Assembly (NCBI RefSeq): GCF_009914755.1
Contig: NC_060936.1
Source of the DNA: the human T2T-CHM13v2.0 reference genome, Homo sapiens
Direction: 5' to 3' (one strand)
DNA length: 64,000 nt
Shown here: positions 1 through 18,283 of the stretch, one piece after another
How the letters are laid out: each line of letters starts with the position of its first letter
How positions within the stretch are numbered: the first letter of the stretch is position 1
The notes under the pieces: generated by a model
What the model saw: only the letters and a program-made list of their open reading frames with translations
What the model was told of the DNA's origin: nothing
Databases searched by the model: none
Program-made: the position numbers and the translations under genes

Positions 1-30
1 CTCTCTCTCTCTCCCCACCTCCCCCCCGCC

Positions 31-44
31 GTGTGTGTGTGTGT

Positions 45-85
<41 letters not shown>

Positions 86-94
86 CGCGCGCAC
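31..94. repeat. (GT)n followed by (GC)n alternating purine-pyrimidine tract (Z-DNA-forming)
   Basis: Directly visible gtgtgt...gcgcgcgcgcgcgcgcac, preceded by (CT)n at 1-13. Confidence 0.95.
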
Positions 95-133
95 TCAAGT
101 GAGGAATGGGGAAGGAGGGTGGAGGAAGGAGCT

Positions 134-149
134 TGTAAATGAGCAGCTG
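134..149 (+). promoter_or_regulatory. TATA-like box (TGTAAAT) fused to E-box CAGCTG, module A
   Basis: Aligns with TATAAATGAGCAGCTG in module B; function inferred. Confidence 0.4.
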
Positions 150-216
150 GTTTGCAGCAAAACCGCACCTCACTCTGCACCTTTGGATCCCTCTCAGCCT
201 GAGGTTAGCACAGCCA

Positions 217-621
217 ATGTCCTCACCAGCGTCTGCCAAAGCCCATGGAGAAGGTCAGTGAATTCACTCACTTCTGCTGTGATAGCCGCCCCTGCCTCTG
301 GACATCCCTGGAGATTAACACTCATGGCTCCCTCAGGAACAGCCCATGTTCAGATCACAACAGGACTCTCCACACAGCAGGCACTGGGGAGCTGTCACAA
401 ATCTTGACTCCGTTAACCCCCCTCTGCTCTGTTTCTCCTTCTCTAAGCTCGCTGTGGTCCCAACTTCCTCCGAGTAGTCACTTCTTCCTCTGCAGCTCCC
501 CTCCGTGTTTCCATCAGGACATCAGTGTGCCCACCTGCCCTGTTGGCTTGGGCTAAGGGAAGATGCCTTGGATGTCACTGAGCGTGGTTTGCAGAGGCCT
601 GTTTCTAATGGCTGGGGATGA
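217..621 (+). CDS. Candidate spliced small ORF (217-253 + 518-621), 46 aa MSSPASAKAHGEGHQCAHLPCWLGLREDALDVTERGLQRPVSNGWG
   Basis: ATG at 217, donor AAG|GTCAGT at 253/254 and acceptor TTTCCATCAG at 517 are all conserved in module B; weak Kozak context; no recognised homolog. Confidence 0.25.
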
Positions 622-1394
622 GGAGACAAACCAGAGGGTCAGCCTCTTGTTCCCAGAACTTGGGAGGCACCTGGTTCCTTGGTTTTGAGTCCACGTTACC
701 AGACACATGCCCAGCAGGCCTGATCAGCTTCTCAGTCACTTTTCCATGTTTGGCTTTTAGTGCCCTCTTTTTTTTTTTCTGTCTCTAGTTTGGTGTTCAT
801 GGTGACTGTGTCTTTAGATGTGTTTCTCTGTATAAACCTATTATATTTTCACACTCTTTTCCAGTCTCCCTATATTTCAGTCCCTCTAGTTCTTTCTTTG
901 GCTTTAACATTTTTCTTTCCTTTTTAGAGAGAAGAGATCTTTCCCCCTGTGTCTGTCTCTCTGATTACTTCTCTCATTTATTTTCTTTCCTTTTTTTGAA
1001 CCTTCGTCTTTATGTTTGTGCATGTCAGTATTTTCTATTTATCTGGGATTTTTCTTTCTTGTTCCCGGGGGAAAGGGAGTCAGAGAAGTAACTCAAGGAT
1101 GGTCCTCTCTTAGAGACTGATACAGAGCATGAGTTCCACATTTGTTTACAATGTTTCTGGGAACCAGATTAGGAGAAAAGGTGAAGGCTGAGTTAGATGT
1201 AAATAATTTCCTGGCATTGAGAAGCCGGAAACATGAGGATGGATTCGAAAGGGCAGGTGAGACCCTCTCCTCTCTCTGGGTTTCTGCAGAAGCAGTTGGG
1301 CTTACAAGTGGAAGCCTGGCCAAGTCTGTACAATCTTCCTTCCATAGGTGAAGTGAAACCACAGGGAGACAGACAAGAAACAGAGATCAGAACT

Positions 1395-1560
1395 AATGTT
1401 TGTTGTCTATCTGTGTAAGCCACTAATCATGTATTATTTTAGTTAATCCTCATTTTGTAGGAGAAAAACTTGAGACTCAGCTAGCTGACTCCCATTGAGT
1501 AAATGGCAATGCCGAGGCTGAATTTCAGGTATGCCGGTCTCCGAAGTCCCTCTACGTTAC
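1395..1560. mobile_element. MIR fragment
   Basis: MIR core-like atcctcattttgtaggagaaaaacttgagactcag. Confidence 0.6.
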
Positions 1561-1787
1561 CCTGTGCCATGCCTCACTGCTTCTCTGTAAAATGATGCAC
1601 TTTCAAGTCTGTGTGTTTTTAATGTGTTTATACATCAGCTTTACAAATCATTTTTAAACTATTACGTCTGAGGAAAAAAAGGATTAAGTCTGCAAAGGAA
1701 AAAAATATTTTACAAATCATTTAGCTTGAGATAACAAAGCCATTTTACCTTGTACCCCCAGTCTGACTCAAAGTAAGACTGTGAATT

Positions 1788-2770
1788 CTTTTTTTAATTG
1801 GCAAAAGAATTATATATATTTATGGTGTAAAATATGATGTTTTAATATATGTATACATTGTGAAATGACTAAATAAAGCTAATTAACATATCCATTACTT
1901 CACATACTTATCATTTTTGTGGTGAGAACACTTAAAATCTACTTTCTTAGCAATTTTCAAGAATATATTAATACCTTGTTATTAACTAGTCATCATGTTG
2001 TACAATAGAGCTCTTGAAATTATTCCTCCCATCTAACTAAAAGTTTGTATCTTTTGACCAACATCTCCCCAGTCCTCACTCCCTACCAGCCCCAGGTAAC
2101 CACAATTCTACTCTCTGTTTCTGAGGTTGACTTTTTAACATTCCACATATAAGTGAGATCATGTGGTATTTGTCTTTCTGTGTCTGGTATATTTCATTTA
2201 ACATCACATCCTCCAGGTTCATCCATGTTGTTGCAAATAACAGAATTTCCTGGTTTTTTTCTAAGGCTAAATAGTGTTCCATTGTATATATATACCACAT
2301 TTTCTTTACGCATTTGTCCATTGATGGACACTTAAGTTGATTCTCTATCTTGGCTACTGTGAATAATGCTGCAAAGATTGTGACAGTGCAGAGGTCTCTT
2401 TGACATACTGATTTCGTATCTTTGGATATATCATATGGTAGTTCTAATTTTAATTTTTTGAGGAACCTCTATAATATTTAAGAAATGACAATACCAATTT
2501 ACATTCCCACCAACAGTGTGCATGTATTCCCTTTTCTCCACAACCTCACAACACTTATCTTTTGTCTTTTTGCTAATAGGTGTGAGGCAATATCTCGTTG
2601 TGGTTTTAATTTGCATTTCCCTGATGATTCGTGATGTTGAGCATTTTTTTCATATACCTGTTGGCCATTTTTTGTGTTCTTTTAAGAAATGTCTATTCAA
2701 GTCCTTTTGCCTATTTTTAAATTCAGTTGTTTTCTTGCTATTGAACTGTTTTGAGGTTTTGAATCTCATA
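1788..2770 (-). mobile_element. L1MA-type 3' end (L1MA8/9-like)
   Basis: L1 3'UTR motifs; ORF2 C-terminal-like translations (MQIKTTTRYCLTP, KKMWYIYTMEHY). Confidence 0.9.
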
Positions 2771-2897
2771 AATACATAACTATTCACCTCTTAAAAAACA
2801 TCTATTTCATAATCCAGGACTCTCAGTGTGTTTCAAATTTTTCTCTTCTGTGCCTTATTGCTATAGAGGATAGTACTAATTCTCTCTGTTAGGAATT

Positions 2898-2927
2898 CTC
2901 TCTCTCTCTCCTTCCCTTTCTCTCTCT

Positions 2928-2972
<45 letters not shown>

Positions 2973-2990
2973 TTTCTCTCTCATATCTCT
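2898..2990. repeat. (CT)n-(GT)n compound microsatellite
   Basis: Directly visible. Confidence 0.95.
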
Positions 2991-3485
2991 CATTCTTTCC
3001 CTTTCTTCTCTAAGCTATTTAGAGTTAGTCCAATTTTTTTCAGGCATTTAAAATAGCAAAATAGCTCAGATTAATCAATGCCATGGAACAGCTGAAGTTA
3101 TTATCCAGTCCACTGATGTGTCGTGGTTCTTCTTGATTACTAAGTTCTTTTGAACATACACACAGAGGAGCATTATCATGGATAGCTTTGCATATCATTT
3201 TCTCTGTCTTTCCCTTAGATTTCTGGTTATTTTACTCTTTGTTTAAATCCCCATATTGAAGGTGACTGTGAGAAGGGGGAGGAGCAGCAAATCTCGTCTG
3301 GTTTTTGTTATAGCTTTTCTAGTGGAATAGTAGATTCACTTTAGGGCTCAGCTGGAGAAGGGATAGGGATCATGGAAGGCGATCATATCTTATGATATGG
3401 AGGGAGGCACAATACGGAATTAAAACCTCCACTATAAAATTAGGATGAGGTTATTTTTGGTATTTTCATTATTTATTATGTCTTC

Positions 3486-3912
3486 TGTGGAGTCCTAATT
3501 AGGGAAAAGGAGTCAGGCTGGCAGGACCAAGGGAAAGCAAAAAAAGAAAGCAGATACCTTTCTTCGTGGTCCAGGACATATAGCCCTCCTGCACAAATAA
3601 CTCGCAATCTTCCTGTACCCAACTATTACCAGACACCCTGAAGTTAGTTCACTGCAACCTTGGCATTATCAGCACTGCACAAAGCTCTTTTCAGCATACA
3701 GCATAAACTCTATTCTATAATATAAACTCTCCAGCCAAGCCTGTTTCTTTGCAGTCAGCTTCTCTCATGCTGATACTGCCAGTTGCCTCTCTGGCAAAAT
3801 ATTTTCCTACTTTCTCTAGTAAATCTGCCTTTCTGTACCTACAATTAATTCTCTTGGTAAATTCTTTTACCCCTGCACCATCGGCTCAGATAGTTGTCTC
3901 TCCCCCATAACA
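3486..3912 (+). mobile_element. Solo ERV1 LTR (MER83-like)
   Basis: TG...CA termini; 5' TGTGGAGTCCTAATTAGGGAAAAGGAGTCAGGCTGG resembles MER83; TATA-like and polyA-like motifs inside. Confidence 0.7.
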
Positions 3913-4801
3913 TCTCCCTTTAATGCAGACCAATAAGAAGGACCTTCCAGGACAGTTTGTGCCTTACACTTATTTTGTAGATCACAGGGATGTCTCATCA
4001 CAGGGGTCTGGCATGCCAAGTCTGGATACATTCATAATACTTGGCCTTGGTTAGGCATCTTCAGGGGCTGCAGGTACTTCAGAGATCCTCACTTTCAGAG
4101 GGATATGGAGAAACTGAAGTGGATATGGTAGCAAAGAGGTGAATGGAGCAAAGTGAAGGCAGAAAAAACTGGGAGGGAAGCAATGAGAGAATTTAGAACA
4201 CTTCTACAATTTAACTTAAATCTGTTGCAAGGCAAGGCACCATTAAAGGCAAACTACTCACTGTCCATCTTGCTGAAGAAAAGGGAAATGGGAATGAACT
4301 TAAAATAGAAAAGAAGGGAAATGGACAGGCCTGTAGAAGCACTTCTGAAGTGGGTTTGTGCAACATTGGAATGAGTTGCTACATTGCAACAGACTTGTCA
4401 AGCAGAGGCCTCCAGGAACTCTCACTAAGGCTTAGTTGCCCTTCATTAAAAGTCATTTACATCTGTCTTGCAAATGCCTCCCCAAACATGGGTCCACATG
4501 CTTTTGTCTCCACAACTTCATTAGGAAATACATGGCAAAACTTTATTGCTTGTTGTTTCCCGATTTTATTCCTAGCAGATATGTCTTAGTGAAAATCACA
4601 GAGTTCTGAGTTCTCAAATTTTAAAATCTTTAAAAATACCGTAATTCCAGGGCTTTCTGGGTTATATGTAAAATCAGATGGAGAAACAGCTTTTTTTTTT
4701 TTTTTTCTGGCCATTTAAGGATAGAGTAAGGGGCTGACCTTATGTTTCTAATGATGGGGCTGGTGCTAGGTCAGAGAGGTCTGGCGGACAAGGGCTCTGA
4801 G

Positions 4802-5138
4802 TTTTTATTTTACTTTATTTTATTTTATTTTATTTTATTTTATTTTATTTTATTTTTTGAGACAGAGTCTTGTTCCGTCACCCAGGCTGGAGTGCAGTGG
4901 TGCGATCTCAGCTCACTGCAACCTCTGCCTCCTAGGTTCAAGCAATTCTCTGTTTCAGCCTCCCCAGAAGCTTGGATTACAGGCACCCACCACCATCCCC
5001 AGCTAATTTTTTGTATTTTTAGTAGAGACGGGGTTTCACCATCTTGGCCAGGCTGGTCTTGAACTCCTGACCTCGTGATCCGCCTGCCTTGGCCTCCCAA
5101 AGTGCTGGGATTACAGGCATGAGCCACCACGCCTGGCC
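4802..5138 (-). mobile_element. AluS with (TTTTA)n tail
   Basis: Full Alu dimer; TSD aagggctctga / aagcgctctga. Confidence 0.95.
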
Positions 5139-7778
5139 AAAGCGCTCTGATCTTACAGGGACTTTTGCTGTGGGCTGTTCTTTTTTGATTTCTCTCTTTT
5201 TGCTCCTGGTGAAGGGTCTCAGTGTAGTTTCATCTCTTTCTAGCATTCCTGATGCAAAACACCTACCCAACCAGATGCAATTACTTGGTTCTCTCCTTGC
5301 ACAAATAGGCAGCTGAATCTTACAAATGACACTGCAACTTGTGCATTCACCCCTTATCTATCTGGTTCTGGGTAACCCTGGTCTCACTAATAAGGAACTC
5401 TGGAAGATCCTGGTTGAGCTTGTATTTTAGCAGGCCTACTTCCAGGGCTCATTCCTCATTGATTCCTAAAGCTGGTCATCTTATCTGTATTTTTGAATGA
5501 ATAAACGTCCTTTCTTTGCTTTTATTAGTCTGATTTCTAAATTTTATTAGTTTTCCCATTTAATGAAAACATACACATTCTCTTATTTTTAGTTAACAAA
5601 GAGAAATTGATTTACCACTTTAGGGCAAACTATGTGCTCTCTGGGCTAGAATCAGGAGGGTGGATGGTTTTGCCTTCTTCCTATAGACTGCCTGTTGATT
5701 TAATCTTACTTGACCAGGGAAATTTTCAGAGCGGGAGGAGGGAAGACAAGTCTTGTAAATCCTAAGTGCTGGCTCTAGTTCTCTGCCTTGAGTAGCAAAG
5801 AAAATCTCCATTCAATTTTCAAATAAGCCCTAATTTAAATCTTTTATTTTATATATTCAATTTCAAAATGATTACGTATTGGCCATTATGGAATTTGGTA
5901 CCTCCAATCAGTCCACTCATTGTCAAATTCAGGGACAGGAATCGCTGTTGTTTATCTTCCTTAATAAAGATGAAAGGGAACCTGCTTCTCTTCACTGAGT
6001 CTCTCTTTTATACCACAATAATCACATATCCACAAACAATTCAATTACCAAATGAACATTTTTTATGGCTACTCTCTGCCTCTTAAGGCATTCCTCAAAG
6101 TTTAGGTATAATTTCAAGTTTGTACCTAAATGGAAGACTTTCTAGACTTAATTCTTGATCTCACTTAGATTGGCCTTTTTTTTGGTTGTTGTTACAAAAA
6201 TGTCTTTTTCCATGAACAAGATTCTTTGAATCTGTCAGTCATTAGCAGATATTTTCTCTTGTACCTATTTTTAAAAATTATTTGTGCATATTTTCCTATT
6301 TTATTATCTTATTACTGTTGGGATCCACCAGTACTTTACTGAAGCTCTATTAGAGGCTACTGGTGGTGGATGGCTGCTCAACTCTCTCTCAATCACTCTC
6401 CATTGGAGACACTTTTGAGGAAACAAACAATTCAGCAAGATAAAAGAATAATTTTCAGACCAAATAAATTTGTGGGAACTTTGTGACTTCAAAACAGAAA
6501 TTTTTAACCCTTCATGGGTTCCAGCAGCCTTAGGGAAGCTGATAAATTGTGGACTCACCAAGAAAAATGCTCTATTGCTCACAACTTTTCCTACAACATT
6601 TCAGAGATGCGTGGACACTCTGAAACATATCTGTTGATTCCCTGGGGATCCATGAACACCACATTAAATTTTTCTACTATAAAGTTTATTCACCCAGAAA
6701 AAATGATGTTTTTCTGCATCGTGAAATGATGCATTTAATTTAATCGAAAAAGTAAGAGATTTATGTATGCATTAGATAAACCAGGTTTTAAGTGGTGTAA
6801 GGTTTGAAATTATGAGAGGCCCATTTTATTTAAAGCAGACTACAAGAAGATAGTCAAGCCTCACATAGGCTGAAGCTTTCTAACAGAAGACCCTACATGA
6901 TTTAAACAAGATTGATGAGTTCATTTACAATGTAAGTGCACTAACCCCATTCCTAAAACAGATTCCATATAATAAACCATAAAATATGTATTATATTTTA
7001 TTTCCTGTGTTTACAGCATGCTAAGAGAACAACAGAAACATTGTTGCTGTTGAATGTATTCAATACTGTCCTGCCCCTCTTAGGTAAATATGACAAGAAT
7101 CAGAGCATTACATTATAATAAGACATTTTCCCACCAGTCTAGTCTACAATGGCATACTTTGTACATTGTGCTGCTGTGGTCATGGAATGCAGATTTCTGT
7201 CCCTTAATTCACCCGCACTGTACTTTGAGAATGCAAAATATGTGTATCACCAGCATTCTTTTCTTCCAGGACCTGCCAGACATTATTATGACTGAGTATA
7301 TTTTAATTATAACCAAAACTCTATTGTTTTCTTTGTTTGCAATTTTATTTCCACACATATAATAATATCACTTAAAATAATTGTATGGGACCTCGAGGGG
7401 GATACAGTAAACAATATTACTCTCCCATATGGTTCTGAATCAACTGAGAAATAAGACAATGAGTCTGCAGATAGAGGTCAAAATATCACCTTTATTAATA
7501 ACAAAGTAGACATGATCTTACAGATAATGCTTTTAATGTTTCACTATTAAAGATGATGTTTGCTATGCGGTTTTGGTTTATAATCACTTTAATAGCTTAA
7601 GGAAGTTCTTTTCTATTCCTGGTCTGCTGAGATTTTTTTCAAAAAATTACAAACAGACATGAATTTTCAATAAAATAGATGGCATTCCTGCATCTCTTAA
7701 GATGATTATGTGATTTTTCATTTTCTGTTCCTGTGGTAATTTACATTAATTCATTTTTTAATGTTAAATCAACTTCAA

Positions 7779-8088
7779 GGCTGGCACAGTGGCTCATGCC
7801 TGTAATCCCAGCACTTTGGGAGGCTGAGGTGGAAGGATCACTTGAGGACAGGAATTCGAGACCAGCCTGTGCAATACAGCGAGACCCCATCTCTAAAAAA
7901 AATTTTTTTATATTAGCCAGGCATGGTGATTCATGCCTGTAGTCCTAGCTACTCAGGAGACTGAGGCAGAAGGACCACTTGAGCCCAGGAGGTTGAGGCT
8001 GATTGCACCATTGCACTCCAGCCTGGGTGACAAAGAGAGACCCTGTCTCTAAAAAAATTAAATTAAATTAAAAAATAAAAATAAAAAA
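7779..8088 (+). mobile_element. AluJ within an old minus-strand L1M fragment (~7500-8530)
   Basis: Diverged Alu dimer with J-type motifs (gaggaccacttgagcccagg-like). Confidence 0.9.
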
Positions 8089-8546
8089 TCAACTTTGAAT
8101 TACTGGGATAAACTTTACTTTGGTCATGATATAAGGTATAATCTTTTAAATATATTGTAATATACAATTTGCTAAAATTTTGCTTAGGAGTTTTGCAACT
8201 ATGTCCAAGAGTGAAATTATCTTTTTTGCCGGGGGCAAATTTTAGTTTCAAAGTTATATTTACATCACTAAAAAGGTTGAGGTACTTCCTTTTGTTCTAG
8301 TATAGTCAAAGTTAGCATTTTTTTCCTTAATTGTTTGATAGTATCTGCCTTAAAATCATATGTCTGGCTTTATAGAAATATTTTTAAACTATTCATTTAA
8401 TCTCATGCTTATATGTGTGTTTATGTTTTTCTATTTCTTCTTCAACTTGGAAAATTATATTTTTCTAATAACTTTTCATTTATCTACATTATCAGATTTA
8501 ATGGCATAAAATTTTCCATAGTATTTTCTTAAAAATATTTAAAACA

Positions 8547-8843
<297 letters not shown>

Positions 8844-8850
8844 TTAAAAC

Positions 8851-9330
8851 ATATATTAGTTTTCTATTGCAGTGTAACGTTACCACAAATTTAGTGGCTT
8901 ATAGTAAAATTTATCATATGATTTTTTTGCTTTATCTTATCTTACAATATCTTAAAATTTATCTTACAATTTTTCTTTACTATTACAAGTGAAAATTATC
9001 TCACCATTTCCATGGGTTGGGAGTCTGGGTATGAACTAGCTGAGTCTTCTGCTCAGTCTCACTAGGTGGAAATCAAGGAGTCATCTGGGGCTGCCATTCT
9101 CATCTGAGGCATTGGTCTTCTTCCAAGCTCACTGGTTGCTGGCAGAATCATTTTTTTGCAGTCGTATGACTTACTAGCTGTCATCTGGGGATTGGTCTCA
9201 GCTCCTAGAGTTCCTGGCCACACGGCCCCCACAGGCAGTTCACAGCATGGATGTTTGTTTTCTTCCAGGCCAGCAGGAGCATATCACTGTGACTTACAAC
9301 CCTTCTCTAGTCTGCTACAATGGAATCTTA
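8851..9330 (-). mobile_element. MLT1-type MaLR LTR fragment
   Basis: tattagttttctattgc..gtaac..taccacaaatttagtggctta terminus typical of MLT1. Confidence 0.75.
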
Positions 9331-9633
9331 AACAAGAAAATTTTATATTTTGACTTGCATCATTGAGAAAAACACTGCCAACCTGATCGTGGTTCCTTTG
9401 AAGGTAATCTGCCTTTTTTTTTTTTTTTCAGGCTCCTCTTAAGTTTTTCTCTTTGCCTTTCATTTTCAGAAGTTCTAGTGATGTGTCAAGCTATGGCTTT
9501 CTTTTTATAAATAAAATATTTTGAAGATATTTAAGGCCTCTTTAATTCCAAGCTATTTTCTCTTCAAATATTGCTTTTGCTCTATCCATTCTTTCTTTCA
9601 TCTTCTTTATGACATACCTTCATCTTTACCAAT

Positions 9634-10360
<727 letters not shown>

Positions 10361-11814
10361 GACATCAGCTATTTCTAATGTGGCTAAATACATAGTGAAT
10401 GCTCCTGGATCTTGGCTCTAAAATTCTTCACTGCATTTTTAGTTCTTTAATGCCTTTATTGTAGATATTTTAAAATGTGTCAAGCTTTTGGTTGTTTTTG
10501 TTGAGATGGTTGATCCAAATTACCTTGTCTATAAATATCAGAAGCAGAAGCCCCCCTTATAATTCAGTCTGCAACATCTGTGCCCCTTTCATTTTTAATA
10601 TTGTTTATTTAAGTCTGTTTTTTTATAACATAAATCATGCCAGAGAACTGTCAAAGTATTAATTTCTTCGACCTTTATTAGTTTAATCAATCTTTGAATT
10701 TTGTTCAATCCATCTATTATGTGCATTTTTTCTTCCTTTCCCTTTCCTTGCATAATGTATTTTATTCTGTGATTAAGTTGTTTGCTAATTTTTAAAATTT
10801 TAACTTCTTTTAAGAGAAAGTTCTGCCCTAATTACTGCCCTAGTTATATTCCACAAAATTATATGTAGTTTCATTGTTATTTTGGGTTTCACAAATTTTT
10901 CTAATTTTTATTATCGTTCTTTTGCTGAAAGCCAAACATGGATGTTTACAGGTTTTCCATTTAGAAGAGAGAATTTACTTTGTCTGTGTAACCTCAATGA
11001 ATAAGACTGGAACCAAAGAGAAGAAACATCAGAGAAAAATATTGACTGGTTTTTCTAATTAAAATGCACCAATTATAGCTGACTCCAGATTAGGGAATAT
11101 ACTACAAGCCCAGTTGGGAGAAAGGAAAGAGGATAGAAATCCATTTTTATTTGAATGGATCACTGGGGCCAATTGCACTCCACCTACTTTACAGCCAAAA
11201 AGAGCTCATTCATTTGATAGGGGAGTGCCTGTTATGTTGTCAGTATTGTGCTATGTGGCCAGGATACAAAATGACACATGGAAACTCTCTCCCTTCCCTC
11301 ATTGGTATTCTCCTACATCCCAAGTCATTCTTATATCAGGAAGATAAGTAAGAATATAGAGAACCCATGATATATAGACATTACTACAGAAAAGGATATG
11401 TTTATCAGTAGAAATATTTTAAAATCTATCATCTCCAAATAGGGAATATACCTTCTTGTGAAGGGTCGTGGAACATTTACAAAATACTACTGTTGACATA
11501 TTAGACTATAAAGAAAACTGAATTCCAAAGAGCCAAAACAGTTCAGACCATATTCACTACACTAAAACTAGACATTAAAATTCTGTTTATTTCTTAAATT
11601 TTCTTAAACATTTCTTAAACTTCTGTTTATTTTCTCCCCTTGAGATATGAGGAAAGGAGAGCAGGTATCAGCTTGTGCATGGGATTTTCCTTAAGAATAT
11701 TCTTTCATGTTTTTCTTTTCACTGCAAGAAAACAAATAAATTCATATGGAATATTTTAAATTTAGAATGTGTTATTTTGATTAAGTAAATTGTAGATAAC
11801 ATTCTTCTGGTCAA

Positions 11815-12520
11815 CCAGCTGTGTCATGCAGTCTGTGCACTGCATAGAGGCTCCTGAAGGGAAGAATAGATGCTGAAATCTGGCCTGCACTCAACTGACC
11901 AAGCTGTGTATCCTGGCGAGGGGCTGTGTGAATTCAGAAGAAGTGGTGCCTTTGTGTATGTTCATTGCAGCACTATTCACAATAGCAAAGACATGTAATC
12001 AACCTAAATGCCCATCAGTGATAAACTGGATAAAGAAAATGTGGTACATATACACCATGGAATACTATGCAGCCATAAAAAGGAGCAAGATCACGTCCTT
12101 TGTAGGGACATGGATGGAGTTGGAAGCCGTTATCCTCAACAAACTAATGCAGGAACAGAAAACCAAACACTGCCTGTTCTCACTTATAATTGGGAGCTGA
12201 ATGATGAGAACACATGGACACACAGAGGGGAACAACACACACTGGGGCCCATTGGGGACTGGGGGGAGGGAGAGCATCAGGAAGAATAGCTAATGGTTGC
12301 TTGGCTTAAATACCTAGGTGATGGGATGATCTGTGCAGAAAACTACCATGGCACATCTTTACCTATGTAACAAGCCTGCACATCCTGCACATGAACCCCT
12401 CAACTTAAAATAAAAGTTGAAGGAAAAAAAAGCTGTGCCTTTTTTCTAATTCTTCCCTGAGAGGGAGTGACTTTTTATAATTAGCCTAAAGTTTCCATAT
12501 GTGTTAGAGAAGCCTTGCTG
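11815..12520. mobile_element. MER91-like hAT MITE split by an L1PA insertion
   Basis: tgcagtctgtgcactgca...gccttttttctaatt motifs on either side of the L1. Confidence 0.55.
11954..12431 (+). mobile_element. 5'-truncated older L1PA 3' end
   Basis: [20 protein letters not shown] translation, L1PA 3'UTR, A tail; TSD-like aagtggtgccttt / aagctgtgccttt. Confidence 0.9.
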
Positions 12521-12673
12521 GCTAGGAAGTTCTGGACATGAGACTATTTAAATTTCAGCATTTAGAAGTTTTTGTCTCATAAGATTGATGAAGTCTTTAA
12601 ATAGTAATAAAAAAGCCTATGTTACTCTAAGTGGGTTCTAGCAACAAAAAGGCAATAAGGCATTTCCTTGAAT

Positions 12674-12863
12674 GCAACGATACTCAAAGTGTGGCCTACA
12701 GACCACCAGGAGCAGCATCACCTGGGAGTTTGATAGAGATGCAAACTGTTGAGGTTCATCCCAAATCTAGGGAATCATGAACTCCAGGGATGGGGCTCAG
12801 AAATCAGTGTTTTAAAAAACCCTCCATGGTATTCTGATGCACATAAAATGTTGAAAAACAGTG
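12674..12863. mobile_element. MER5A (hAT-Charlie MITE)
   Basis: ctcaaagtgtgg...cagcatcacctgggag...gattctgatgcac pattern. Confidence 0.8.
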
Positions 12864-12871
12864 GTTTAACG

Positions 12872-13218
12872 CAGAGGTGGACAAACCATGGCCCTCAGGC
12901 CAAATATAGCCCACTGCCAATTTTTATGAAGTTTAACTGGAATGCAGCCACACCCACTGATTCAAGTATTGTCTATGGTTGTTTCCCACTACAACAGCAG
13001 GGCTAAGTAGTTGCCACAGAGACCATATGGCTTATAAGTAGGGTGGCCAGATTTATCAAATAAAAATATAAGTCACCCAGTTGAATTTGAGTTTGAGATA
13101 AACAATAAACAATTTTTTATTATGAGTATGTCCCATATGCAATATCAGTAACCCAGCACACGAAATCTATAATACTTACTATCTGGCCTTTCATAGAACA
13201 AATTTGCTGACCCTTGCC
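12872..13218. mobile_element. MER58A with nested MER53 (~13039-13155)
   Basis: MER58 ends cagaggtggacaaac / tttgctgacccttg; nested tagggtggccagattt...atcagtaaccca. Confidence 0.75.
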
Positions 13219-13922
13219 TACCATAATGACCTTACAGTGAACTTGCTTCTGACAGAGCATGGAAGGAAGCAATGAAAAAAGCCTCACTCCTGGTTGCACA
13301 CCTGGGATTCTGTACCTGACGGACACCATCCATCCTTTTAGATGATGCATTGAGTCCTAACTATTCCCTTCCCAAGAAAGTTCAAGCCAGGAGATCAATC
13401 TGCTTGGGATGGAAAGGTATCTGGTGCCAGTTCTTCTGTTTATAAAACTCAATAGATCAGTTACTTTTCCTATTGTTTAAGTGTCTAGTGTTAAACATAT
13501 TCAATTAAGTTTTACCAAGGAGATGTTTTCGAAGGATTGTTCAACCAATTCAGAAGTGATTCCGTGACAATAATAAAACTGACATTACCTACTTGAAAAT
13601 TGAAAAACTAAGAAGCCATCCAAAAACAACTCTTATATTAAGCAGGAACTCAAAACAATTGTAAGTGATCTTAAAAAATTCAGATAAAAGTATTATATAT
13701 TAACGAATACTGTACACAGATATTTATTGGAGGAAAATTTAATAGCCTGAAATACTTCTATTACTTAACGAAAAGAATAAGGATAAATGAACTTAAATGA
13801 CACAAAACAAAATGAAATTGCCAAAGAGATTAGAAGCAGATAAACAAAATTAACAAAGGGAAGACCAGAAGCAGAAAATTTGTAAAGATCAAAGCAGAAA
13901 TTGTTGAGTAAGAAAACAGAAA

Positions 13923-17655
<3,733 letters not shown>

Positions 17656-17704
17656 AAACCAGAAATAGAATAGAATCAGTAAATGAATTCAAGAATTGGT
17701 CCTA

Positions 17705-18043
<339 letters not shown>

Positions 18044-18283
18044 CTAATAATTAAAAATGAAGTGGTAGAAAGAGAGCAAAAATACACAAATTTTAAAAGG
18101 TGAAATAATCACAGCCACAAAGAAAATAAAAATAATTATGCAACAGTACTTTGCAAGACTCTATGGCAATCACTTTGAAAGCCAGAAAGAAGTAGGTAAT
18201 TTTCTGGGTTAATATGAATCAATAAAATTTGTTGAATGAAAGATAGAAACAAAATTAAATATACTGAGTGAAATGAATGTAAT

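Larger units (their letters stand above)
31..790 (+). other. Paralogous module A (putative promoter / exon 1 / intron / exon 2), inverted homolog of 34190-34911
   Basis: 193-263 matches the reverse complement of copy B at 59/71 with no gaps (hand count). Shared blocks: TAAATGAGCAGCTGGTTTGCA, TGTTCAGATCACA, GTCACA.ATCTTGAC, TGTTTCCATCAGGA, TTTGGCTTTT. Confidence 0.85.

Noticed and set aside
33-556. ORFs 33-407 and 245-556, and their counterparts 34430-34747 and 34744-34938, as unspliced genes
   Set aside because: Some start in dinucleotide repeats, and the frames are not maintained between paralogs (frameshifts and stops). Shared peptide patches just reflect DNA homology.
1093-1423. Overlapping short ORFs near 1.1-1.4 kb
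   Set aside because: No recognisable domain and no evident counterpart downstream of module B.
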